Assembly (NCBI GenBank): GCA_021613535.1
Contig: CP075497.1
Span: 2,046,001 to 2,110,000 of the forward strand
Source of the DNA: Adineta vaga
Lineage: Eukaryota; Animalia; Rotifera
Direction: 5' to 3'
Length of the DNA stretch: 64,000 nucleotides
Positions 49,928-64,000 of this stretch are shown here, one piece after another; within the stretch, counting starts at the first letter, position 1; every line of letters starts with the position of its first letter. Under the pieces are notes generated by a model that was not told the origin of the DNA, made no database searches, and saw nothing but the letters and a program-made list of their open reading frames with translations. The position numbers were made by a program, and so were the translations under genes.

Positions 49928-52900
49928 TCAGCAAAAAAGACCATCACCATCCGTTAACTAAACAAGAAAGAAAAACATCTCCGAACAGGAAATCAATCAT
50001 TTCATTATACCCACACTGTTAGATTTTAAGAAGCATTACCATTTACATCGACCTTCAAACACACAGAACAACATCAATTACAAAAAGCATAGAAAAGTTT
50101 TCAAGTTTTTAATAACAAACATACACGCACACAGAGAAACATTTTGATATTCATCTTACCGGTGAAAATGGTAGCGATTTTTCTCGTTGTTCATATTCTT
50201 GTTTAGAAGCCATATGATCTTGGATTATCTTCGTTCGAATTTCCGTCTAAATACAAGAAAAAGTTATTCATATGAAAATAAAAAATCCAGCATTCTTACG
50301 AGTTCTTTTAATTGATGATGTAATTGATGTTTTTCGGAATTTAATTTCTCAATTGTATGTGCACGATTTGATGCTCCAGAACTACTTCGATCCATTTCTA
50401 AATCAGCGATTTGAGAATCTTTTTCACTCAATTCTAATAAAAGTTTTTCTTGTCTAGAAGAAGAAAATGAATTTCATTGAAATTGAAGAGAAAAAAACCT
50501 ACTGAGAAATAAAAGCATCATCTAAATGTCTAATCTGTTCTTCTAATCGTTGTTCATATTGACGTTTTCTTTCAGTTAATTCCGTTCGTAATTGTGTTAT
50601 TATCTGTGATTGTTCATTATTATCTTTACGTAAATGTTCAATTTCATTCTGAAGTGTTTTTATCTGAAAGAAAATCTTCGTAAAGAAGAAATATTTCATT
50701 GAATTATCGTTACCTGTTTATCTAAGTTTTCGACTTTTCGTTTTTGTTGTGTCATCGCATATTCTCTTTCAGTTGTGATCTGCAAACTTTCTCGAACAGC
50801 TTCTTCTAGTTCTTCAATTCGTTGTTGTTTTTTATTTATTTCTAATTCATATTGTTGTTCATGTTCATTCGTTTCATTCGTTGACGTTAAGGAAGAAGTT
50901 TTCTGTTGCTCAAGTTCCTGTTGCATCCATTCAATTTCACGTTTCATTTCTGTACTTTCAAGTTCATAAGTTGATAAACGATCTTGTAATGTTCGATTTT
51001 CATATTCTAGTTTTGCCGTATCACCTGAGTCTGTTTTAACTTTCTTTAAATGTGCTACCTGTTGTTCAAGACTTTGAATATGTGTCTCACGACGTTGTAA
51101 TAATGATTTTGCATTATTTATTTGCTCTTTTAATTCAATAATATGATTCTAAAAAGAGGAATAAAGTTACGAAGTGCAATCTCGATTAGAAGGTCCGTAA
51201 TATTTAACTATTTTCGATTAAAAAAAACTTCAGTTTGTTCCGTCTTTATTGAAGGCCCGGAGGAGGAGGATTATTTCTTTTCTTTTTCCGATCGATTATT
51301 TAAAAGAAACAGTTGTGTTGTCGTTAACCTTTTTCCTGTTTATAACAAACGCATAAACGATTGTCTGTCGAATGTCAGGGCTGACAGACACAAAATCTTG
51401 ACTTGTAGGAAAAATAGTATATAACATTTATATCTTTATTTAATGATGTTAATCAATAAATCATGTTATTCTCATTGAATTGATGTTTATTCTTATAAGG
51501 ATCGAAAGAAAATCAGTATTAATTCTTTTCTAGAGAACATTTCTAATCTTCTTTGAATAGATATTACCTTGACAAATGATTCTTTTCTGTTCTCTTTTCT
51601 CTATTAAAAAAAATGCCTTGGTAATAATTATTGATCGTAATCTCTCGAGAAATGATTAAAAGAAGAAAAGAAAAAGAACATACTTGTCCTTCATAATAAT
51701 CTTTTTCCTTTTGTTCAAGTTTCAATCTTGTATCATTTAATGTTTTTTGTAATTGTTCAATTTCTTCTTGATGTTCAATATCGATTGTATGTTTTTGTTC
51801 TCGTAATTTTTCAATGGATCGTTCTTTTTCTGCAATTGTTGCTTCTAAACTAGAAACTAATGTGTTATTTGTTACTGATGTTTGTTGTTGGATATTGATT
51901 GATGCAGCTGTCGTTGTCGCTGCTGATAATTTTGCTCGTGCCATAGCAATTTGTGTCGATTTTTCTCGGAGTTGTTCTTCAAGATTATCAATTTTTCGAT
52001 TAAGAACATTGATCTTTCGATCACGAATATCTAATTGTTGTTTCGATTCTTGTAAATCACATTCTCGTTGTTGTCGATCAACACGTGTCGATTGAATTTT
52101 TGAATTTTTCTTTTCAATAATTGCATCTTTTTCTTTAAGTCGTGTACGAAGGTCATTGATCTAGAAAATAAATACAAACAATTGAATATTTTTCTTTGAT
52201 TAAAATTGAATTTAAATACTTCAGATTGAATCATATTAACTTGTTGATCTTTAATTAAGATCGATTCTTTTAGAATACTTATATAATGTTGTAAATCTTT
52301 TTCTTTACTTTCATAAGTATCAACTTTAGCTTTCAATGTAACACATTCATTATCTTTTAAATGCAATTCATTAACACGTTGTTCTAATTTCTCTTTCGTA
52401 TCTTGATATTGCTTTTGTGATGTTGCATTTAAATCAATGGACGGTTTTTGTTCTGGAATGATAAATGTAGATGGAATTGATGTTGGATTATTATTATGTC
52501 GAGCTTTGTCAAGTTCATCACGCATTTGTCGTAATTGATGTTCAAGAGATTGAACATGTGTATCCTATGCAAAGCAAATCGAATCAATTAATAAAAAAGA
52601 GAAAATCAATCGACGTGTTTTCTTTTTACTTGTTTTGAACGTTTTTGATGTTCAGTTATAAATAATTGATAACGACATGATTCATCTTTTCTTAAAGCTC
52701 GTTCTTTTTTTAGTTCAGGACTCCAAAATGTTTTGATACTTTTCATTGTTGCATTTAATTGTTCTTTTGTTAGTTTTAATTCTTGAACTAATTGTTGCAC
52801 ATATGTATGATTAGTTGAATCATAATCATAATAATTCATTTGATCAGGAAGATAATTATCTGAAGGATAAAATGAAGCATTGGTTGTTGACGAACGATTC

Positions 52901-53759
52901 ATATATTCATGATTATTTTGACGACATAGCAGATCAGCACTTCCATGACGTTGATGATTTTGTCGACTTAATGATCGACGAGATTGATGTTGAGAAGATG
53001 AATATCGATCGTCTTCTGTATAGTAAAGGCTTTCACCTGCTGATTGAGATATCGTACGTTTCGATGGAAATGTTTCGACAGGTGCAGATGCTGGAGGGGG
53101 TGGTGGTGGTGGTGGTGCGGGAGCTTTCTTTTGAATTGGTTTAGATGTTGGAGATGATTGAATTTCATCTTCGAAGTCATTTTTTAAAAGTTCATGAGCG
53201 ATTGGAGTCTAAAATAGAATAAAAACAAATCTCGATGTATTGAATTTCTGTCATTCGATATGAAAAAACCTGTTGAGAATGACTTGATGCTGATGATTTT
53301 GTAGATGATGATGAACTACTTGATGGAAATGATCGACATTGAATAAATGTTGTTGCACTTTTTTTTGTATCTGTTTCTTGATTGATTGGTAATGATTGTG
53401 GTGCTAATGGTGAGTTTAATATTGGATTATCCAACATAAGTAATGGAGTTGAACTTAGATCCCCTAAAAATTCCGATTCAATTAATTTCAATTGATTCAT
53501 TAAGAATCTATTTACCAAGACTATTCGAAGTACAAACAGGTAGAAGTGTTTTTGTATTATTTTCAATTTGTAAAACACTTGATATCGACGTATTTGAAAG
53601 TGATGGAATGACAATTGAATCTTTTCTCGTCATTGTTGTTGGCTCAATAACAAGTGGAATATTTGTTTGATGATCATGTTGTTGTTGTTCATCATTTGCA
53701 TTAATAAAATCTGTCTCTTCATATGATGAAGAAAAATCAGTTAGAAGTGTTTCCATCAT
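49928..53759 (-). CDS. ERC1: ELKS/ERC/CAST active-zone coiled-coil protein, multi-exon; last exon ambiguous (stop at 50026 or 49928)
   Basis: IKTFWSPELKKERALRKDE, RIEELEEAVRESLQITTERE and EKDSQIADLE motifs; long coiled coil. Confidence 0.85.
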
Positions 53760-54228
53760 CTCACCATTTTATCTTCTAACTTTAAACGATTGAGAAATCT
53801 AAGCTAATGGAATTAACTATTATTTCCGTTAGTAACGATAGCTAAAAAAAGAAAAAAAGCGATTATGGATGTTGTGTTCTGTGTTTGCTGTCTGATCGAT
53901 TCAGCGGTTTGAGATGAACCAATGAGAAATGCGTTTGTCAAAGTGCATTAATGTGTTGTAAATGAATTTTGATTAGTTGCAATGTTGAAGGTGTAACATT
54001 GCCATTAATATCATTAATGGTTGAAAATACTTGCGTAAATGTTTTTTTTTTCATCATCTAAAACCAAGATCGCGTGCTTCTTTTGCTTTCTTACAGAGTA
54101 AACATTGTCGATCAATTCTTTCAATTATTTATATACGAATCCTGTCAACTGTTGTTCGTTTCTTTTTTTTTTGTATTCCGTTTTGAAAAAAGAAATTGAA
54201 ATTTAAGTGAAATAGAATCTAACTTTTT

Positions 54229-56139
<1,911 letters not shown>

Positions 56140-56711
56140 CAAAGAAAGAAACACGTCTTTTCAAATCTAAAGATCTTATTATCAATTTCATGTTGTTGTT
56201 GTTCTTATTTTGTTGTCATGATAATATGCCTATGATTGAATTTTAAATATTTTCTTTCGCGCGCGTCCTTTCTTTCTCATGTATAGTCTGTTTTTCTCTT
56301 TCTTGCTTATCATCATCATCATCATCACACGCACACACCCCAAAATGTAAACCGTCTTTATATTTTATTTAAAAACAAGAGATCAGAACAATGAAATTGA
56401 TTTGACATTTTCCTTTTTTTTCTGATATTTAAGATTGTAAACAATTTCGACCATCAAACTATGAAGAGAACTGTTTATAAGATATCACTCATATCATCTT
56501 AATAGATCGATTTTCATCGCAATGAATCTCTTTTACCTTGAGAAAGATTCAAAATCAAGGATTTGTTTATTATGAAAGGATAATGATCTTCTTTACTCTA
56601 TTGAACAAATATTTTTCATCTGGAAATTAATATCGATTTTCTCGTTTCAATGACTCCATAGAATTCTTTTTTTATGCTTCGGATAGATTTACATTCCAAC
56701 TGACAACCCAT

Positions 56712-58142
56712 CTAAACATAAGATTGTTCTTCATCTTTACGTTTATAAGTAACTTTGACACAAATAATCATAAGAATTCCAATGATCATCATTAATAAAA
56801 CTAATAAATTCATAAGAATATATCGATTAGGTGCAATAGCAAGAAATATTAATGATGTAACATTAAAAAGTTGAGCATAGATCGATGCGGTTAAGGATTC
56901 AGGTAATGGATGCATCATTTCTGCAAGACATTCATAAGTCAGAGGTGAACCAGCTCCACTAAAAAATCCATTCAGAGATAAAAGAATTCCAATTGAAAAA
57001 ACATTTGAAGGTATTGGAGGATCATTTGGCCAAAAAAAGTGTTCGAATACTAAGTTGAAAGAATAAACAAAATACAAATGAACAAATCAATGATATTAAT
57101 AACAATGTTTTAAATGATCGTTGAAATCGAGGAAGATCAGCTAATTGACCGGTGATTAGAGCACCTAGAATCCCTGCTACTGATTGTCCAAAACCAAACC
57201 AACCTATACAGAAGAAAATTGATTCTATCTGTTTGTTATCTTCTCAATAAATTCACCTGCTTGTGTTTCAGAATAACCTAATGGTTCAAGAATCGTTGCA
57301 AATAATCCACCCCAAGCTGATAAAGTTCCACCTATAGTTACACCCTCAAGAATTAACAAAACACAAGAAATATCTTGACAACAATGTAAAATATCGGAGA
57401 GAAAACGTTTTAATGTACTAAGTAATGGTTCAGTTTGAAATCGATTTGCAGTTAATAAATGAGCTGCACTTGATGGAAGTGAAGGTGGTTCACCGGGAAA
57501 ATAAACTAAAGTACAAATACAAGCAAGAAGAGCTTGACCTGTATGAAGATATAGAAGATAAGGAACACGTTGGGATTCGAAAACTAAATGTGGTGAGATA
57601 AGAAATGCGATAGCACCACCTAAACTGGAACCAAGAATAGCAATTGTTGTTGCACGTGTTCGTTCGTGTGGAGCAAACCAAAGACAAGATAATTGAGATA
57701 CAAGTGCCATACCAATGGGACCTGTTGCTGCTATAAGAATTTGACCAATATGAAGAAATGGAACAGTTATATCATGAAAAGATGGATGGGATGATGAAAT
57801 AACTACAGAAGGAATCACACGAATGATAGTTGCTATTAGGGAAACAATTGCATATATCAAAACACATTTTCGAAGACCATGATGCGTGTTTAGTATCAAA
57901 TAAATGATTGGTAATGTTGGTAAAAATATAATCGGACCCCAATTGAGTAAAAGGTCAATCGTTGCTTCATCAATATGAAAGAAGATTTTTGCTGAACTAG
58001 CTATTGGAGAAAATGTTAACCAAAACATACATTGATTAAATGATAAAAATGTAAAAACAAATAAAATCCAAAATCGTTGAGGATATACACGAAAGATATG
58101 ATTTTCATTAATTCGATATAATTCATTTGTTGATGACTGCAT
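56712..58142 (-). CDS. SLC49A4: MFS transporter, SLC49/DIRC2-like, 2 exons
   Basis: VYPQRFWIL, WLTFSPI, LLLNWGPI, HIGQIL, WFAPHERTRATTI, YECLAE..HPLPE. Confidence 0.75.
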
Positions 58143-58778
58143 AATGTACTTTATAACTGCGATTCGATATGATGATATTCTCAACAGATGCACTATATGA
58201 TAACCTGATAAAAAGTATGAAAAATAGCACGATACTGGACACGTGACTGATACAACAATGAAATCAAAACTAACTGTTTTAGCTCAAAGATTTCAAATTG
58301 TTATATTAAAATCCAGATAAAGCAAGAATGTTTTTTTGAAGTAGTAAAATTTTTCAAAAGAAAATTAAAGATTGTTTCCAGAATATGTATTCTTCTAGTT
58401 TTCGTTCTATTCATGAGAAAATATGTTGACATTGAATTTAATCACGAATATATGTCATGATTTTGAGAGAAAGTGCGTTTTCTGTATGACAGAGGTCGCT
58501 GGTTTACATAGGAAACATATTTTATTATGAGTCATTTATTCAATACACCAATTAGATCTCTTGCTTGTTGTTGACTATCTTTCCAGCTCTAGCATTAATA
58601 GCTAAAGATCGCAAAACGTAGATTTCTCCCTTGAATCTTCCAGTTTTAAAATAATCAAACTATTGTTGATCCTTAAAATTCGAAGGAATCAATTGAATTG
58701 ATTACATAAATCCAATTTTGATTGTTTTATTCATCTGATGCAATACGAAAATTGATCGATTCTTATTCTAGATTAATA

Positions 58779-60610
58779 ATGAACGTACAAAAAGTTAATT
58801 TAGATCAAGTACCTGTAAGTAAAAAAGATGCAATTTTCATCTAAATATCATCAATTTCTTCGATAAAGGCTTATTGTGCACGTGTTAATGTCAATGGTAT
58901 TCAACGAACTAAAGAAGATTATATTCGTCATCAAATCGACAGTGTCTTTACCTCGAATACATTCGAATCATTGCTTCTTAACGTCGAACAATTACGAAGT
59001 AAACTTTTACAACTCGGCTGCTTTCGAGATGTAACAGTTGTTATTGATTCTGCGAAAGGTTTGAATAACAAAATGATTTGAACGTTATAATTCATGTCGA
59101 GAGTTTTCTTCTAGATGCAAAAGCTAATTATAGTTATGATGTAACTTATATAACTGAAGAATATCGACCAATATCCGGAGGAATTAATACAGCTGTTGGA
59201 CAAAATGAAGGATCACTTGTAAGGATATTTAATCAATGTTGTGTTAAGATGATGTTTTGATTAATTTAGTGTACGAATTTTTCTTTACCAAATCTCTTTG
59301 GTCGTGGTGAAAAATTTGGTGTGGATTATTCTTATAGTAATCGTGGTAATACTGAAGGACGAGTGTTTTATAATATGCCAACACAATTGGATCCAAATAA
59401 ACAGTAAATTATAATACAATAAGTTTCGTATTCGATTTGATTTTGTTTTTGAAAAATATGTTTAGATTTTCAATGTCTTTATTTCGAAGTTATTTTGATA
59501 ATACTTGGAGTTCTTTTAAACAAGATGATCATGGAGTAAATATCAGTTATAATGTAAGAAATAATCTTCAAAAATTGTAAATCAATTATCTCTTGTTGAT
59601 ATTCGTTTATAAAACAAAATTAGATTCCTCTTGGTATTGTTCCAAATGCTGTGCATAGTTTCACTTGGGAAGGTGTTTGGCGATCAGTTCTAGCTGCTAG
59701 TCCATCAACATCTCTTGATATACGAAAAGATGCTGGTCATACATTAAAATCCTCTTTAAAAGTTTGTTTTTCTGAATAAAACAAAAAGCTTTCTAATGAA
59801 TTTCTTTAGTATACAGCAACGATTGATACTCGTGATCATCCTGTTATTGCACATCGTGGTTCATATTCTCAAAGTTCAATTGAATTAGCTGGTCTTGGTG
59901 GTGATAGTCAATTTGTTAAATGGTCAACTCAACATCAAGTTAATGTTCCATTACCAATGAAATCAATTCTTCAATGGTGTCTATCAGCTGGTGCGATTTG
60001 GCCACTTTTACAAGGAAGAGATCAAACGATTAAAATCAATGATCGATTTTTTCTTGGTGGACCTTTGAATGTTCGAGGTTTTGATTATCATGGAGCTGGA
60101 CCACATAGTGAAGGTTTGTAAGAATGAAATCTTTGTTAAATTTTATTTCTTTTTTGTTTCGAATTAAAGGAGCAGCATTAGGTGGTGATTGTTATTGGGC
60201 AACTGGTCTTCATCTTTATACACCACTTCCTTTTCTTTATCATCGAGAAAATTTAATGTCTCATGTACGTTTGCATTATTTTCTCAATGCAGGAAATGTT
60301 TGTAATCTTCAATCAGTTCGTAAGTTTAGAAATTCTGTTTGTATTTTAAATAAATTGATTGATATCAGGTTCAACACAATCGTTCTTCTCTCAATTAACA
60401 AATGCCACGCGTTTATCGTGTGGTCTTGGCGTTGTTTTAAATCTAATGAATGTTGCTCGATTAGAACTTAACTATACTCTTCCATTATGGACTCAAGTAC
60501 ATGATCGGTTAGTTTATATTCTTAAATAAAAGATAATATGATTGTTTTGCTGTCTTTTTTTTAGAGTGATCAAAGGTTTTCAATTCGGTGTGGGATTTAC
60601 ATTTATTTAA
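58779..60610 (+). CDS. SAMM50: mitochondrial sorting and assembly machinery component Sam50, multi-exon
   Basis: [65 protein letters not shown]-terminal FQFGVG. Confidence 0.92.
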
Positions 60611-60911
60611 CTTTCATAGACAAATAACCTTTATTTGACTTTGTAATGTGTTTTTTTCTTCTTCCGAACGATATATAGAATTTGTTTTGTTCTTTTTCAT
60701 ACATATAGAAAGATTTTATATAAGAGATATCGAATATCGTCTCACTTGAAGATTTCAGATCTTAAATTTTCAGAAGATTGAGTAGGAAATGAATGGTTAT
60801 GCTAGAATGATTTAGTTTCTTGATGATATATTTTAGATTATCATGAATATGCTTTCAGTTAGTAAACGATGACTCTTTCTTCCTGATTTCCAATAAAATC
60901 ACGTCATTCAA

Positions 60912-61479
60912 ATGGTAGATATCATCATTTACCTTTTTTCTTTAACATATTTTATTTTGCTTTCATTTATTAGGCTAAAAATTTGATTCAAATCGCCATC
61001 TTAGGCGCACAAATTGTCGGACGAGCATTTACTCGCGCATTACGTCAAGAACTGCAACGTAAATTTCGCTTAGAAAAAAAGCAACAACTCATTTTTCATC
61101 TCAAAACCCTTATTTTCAGATGCAAAAACTGCGACTCAAACCGGTAAAACATCTACAAAAACCGTTCAAGCAGATCGTGTTACCGGTATGTCTCTACAGG
61201 TAAAATACACATGTTTCCTTTCGATAAACACATACATTCGTTTCTGTGTGATTTTAGGAAGCAAAACAAATTCTCAATCTAAATGATCTCGATATTCAAG
61301 ATCCGGAAAAAATTCGTAAACAGTACGAACATTTATTTCAATTAAATGATAAAACAAAAGGCGGTTCGTTTTATTTACAATCGAAAATCTATCGAGCCAA
61401 AGAACGAATTGATAAAGAATCAAACGTTTCATCGTCATCAACGAAAACTGAGCCAACTGAAGAGACGAAATCTAATTAA
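60912..61479 (+). CDS. PAM16: mitochondrial import protein Tim16/Pam16, 4 exons (first coding exon is the ATG only)
   Basis: [69 protein letters not shown]. Confidence 0.92.
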
Positions 61480-61586
61480 AGTTTTTTTTTACTCGAAAAT
61501 TTTGTATTTTTATGTGTGATGGTTTTTCGTTTTTGTTTTCGTAGAGAATCAAATCTTCAAATGATTTTTTGTAGATTAGAAAGAAA

Positions 61587-64000
61587 ATGTTCGACAATTT
61601 TCAATATTGGGATATTCTTCAAGAAAAAAGTGAACTTTTTCCTGAACGATCATCATATGTGCAATGTGATCGTCGGCAACAAATTTTAATCGTTCATCAT
61701 CCATCTCTAAAAGCTACATCCATGTCTTCAGCTAGTTCGACATTGAGTTTAAGTGATCATTCAAGTACAATGAGTAGACAATCAACACAACCGACTGGAG
61801 TATCAACAGCATGTAAATATTCCATTGATTTCAAATGAAAACTTTGTAAAATATGTTTTAGTATATTTGGAACGTATTCAGTATATTCAACGAATTGATG
61901 GAATAAGTACGGGTCGTTCGGCACGAAATCAAGAATCAATTCGATTGAATTATCAACTTGCACAGAATAGTCGAAATCGCCAACATCAGAAACGATTAGA
62001 AATCTTTTATTGTGATGATCGTTCTCATTCGGAATATCTTTATAAAAGTGTAACCATTCAATTAAGAAAATTTGGTACGAAGATTTGTTTCTAATAGTAT
62101 TAATTTCAACAGAATGTCTTCTGTCTATCTTTTAAGATGATGAATTTGATGAATGGGTTGATGCTCTTTATGCTGGAATACATGAAGCTAAGAATTTAAA
62201 TGAAGCAGCAAAACGAAATCGGTTAGAAACTAAAGAATTTTTCCATCGATATTTTATGTTTGTTGATTATTTAGATGGCTTTTAAGACAATATGAAAGAT
62301 TGAAAGCATCATCGGGAGGTTTAACATTTGATTCAATTAATGGATGGTTAAATTCTCATCTTGGTCTAGTTGGTGCAAAAGGTAATGTTGAAAGATCAAT
62401 TAAACAAAATGAAATCTTTCGTCAAACAAATGAAATTACTGATTCAGTTTTCAATGATTTATATTATAGTTTCATTAATAATCAACAAAAAGTAAATATA
62501 TTGATCGTTTTGATTCGCTTTTATCTATTTGATTTCTATAGATTCTCACAAGAACTCTCATGTCTGATATAATTGATGATAGGTAAGATTATTTCTATGT
62601 ATATTATTATTAGTCTTAATGAATCGTTCTTTAGTGGAATTTCATTAAATAATTTCGCATTACGTGTTACTAATAATCAAAAAGATGTCGTTTCACAAGA
62701 AACAGATCAAATCAAAAGTTCGCTACATTTAAATACTGATCAATCGGAAATTTCTCTTCGACAAGTAATGAATTCAGAATAAATTAACAAATTAGAAATC
62801 TAACGATTTAATTTAGAGTATGAATTATCTTTGGTCTGATGCGAATTCAGCATTTGATCCAAAATCTCGTTCGATATGTGTCGATGATATGGATCAACAA
62901 TTGAATTATTATTGGATTTCATCAAGTCATAATACGTAAATGATTATTTCGAAGAATTTCGTTTTATTTTATTCTTTCGATATAGATATTTAGCTAAAAC
63001 ACAAATGTTCAATCCATCATCTGTTCATTGTTATATTCAAGCTTTATTGAAAGGATGTCGATGCATTGAAAGTAAATGAAGAAAACTTTTCATTCAATGC
63101 ATTTCTTTTCTTATATAAGTCGATGTTTTCGATCCTCGAACTGGTACAGAACCGGAAATAACGCATAAAGGTACACGTATCAAAACGATTCCATTACGAA
63201 GTGTTCTCGAAGCTATTATCGACTATTCTTTTGTTACAAGCGAGTAAGAATTTAAGAAAATTGATTTGATTGAATGTAGAATCGAGGGAATATTTAGATA
63301 TCCAGTTATAGTTTCAATAGAAAATCATTGTTCACCTCAACAACGTTCAGTAATGGGTCGAATGTTCATTGAAATATTCGGTGGTAAGTTGAAATATAGA
63401 AATCGAATCGAAAATAGAGAATTATATTGAGTAGAAAGTCTGATACAAGTACCTCTATCACAAAATGAAACTGAACTTCCTTCTCCTAATAAATTAAAGA
63501 GGAAAATTCTTTTAAAGGTATTTGCTGCTTAAAGATCAATTGCTTTGATTATGAATTAACCTTGCTTTTTTTTCGGTACATTTCTTCATTTGTTATTTGA
63601 ATTGAATAGGATTCGAAATTGAGTAATGGATCATTATCACCGCAGCCTAGTCTTGACGGTGATGAACAACCTGGTATATCTGCAAGTCATCTCGAAGGAC
63701 ATGTTCAGTTGTATAATGCTACGAAAAAAGTAAATTTTTAAGCTTAATAAATGAATTGACATGTGAAATATTATTATAGAATTGGGTGGATTATAATTAT
63801 ACAATAGGAAATGATAGTATATACTTAGCTCAAATGTATGAACCACGAAATCAGGAAAAAAATGATTATGATCTAAGTGATGAAGAAACTGATCAAGTTA
63901 GTTGAAAAAAATCTCGTTTTCGAAAGATTTATCTGGAATTTTTCTAGAAAAAAGATATTTCAAAGGATGGTTTTATTCAAATTTGGTATCATGGCACCAT
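61587..64000 (+). CDS. PLCG: phospholipase C, gamma-like; 5' part only, runs off the window
   Basis: PH-like N-terminus, X-box YWISSSHNTYL, GCRCIEIDVFD, YPVIVSIENHCS, LPSPNKLKRKILLK, then WYHG (start of an SH2 domain) at the window end. Confidence 0.8.

Overview
AT-rich, gene-dense eukaryotic (metazoan) DNA with mostly short (about 50-65 nt) GT-AG introns. The TGTGGG telomere-like repeats, F-box/LRR genes and ADP-ribosyltransferase-TPR family point to a bdelloid rotifer (inference). Genes in order: intronless half-type phytochelatin synthase bracketed by telomere-like repeat elements; KLHL10; a RING-kinase-PCMT-like fusion; NUP54; an F-box protein; a small Ser/Thr-rich gene with CRE sites; CEP70-like; a Cys/His coiled-coil gene; an accessory block (decayed duplicate, F-box-LRR gene, ART-TPR pseudogene, MITE-like relics); an LRR-like membrane protein; carboxypeptidase E/D; a hAT relic; a TRPM/TRPS channel with NUDT9-H; HDAC8; ALG2; ELKS/ERC; CDKL; an MFS transporter; SAMM50; PAM16; and the 5' part of a PLC-gamma. 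The most unusual observations are the ALG2 stop lying 6 nt from the HDAC8 ATG with a splice acceptor overlapping the stop, the RING-kinase-PCMT architecture, the repeat-flanked phytochelatin synthase, and an intron with no AG acceptor in the CDKL catalytic loop. Exon boundaries were read by eye and family calls come from recalled motifs, not searches.
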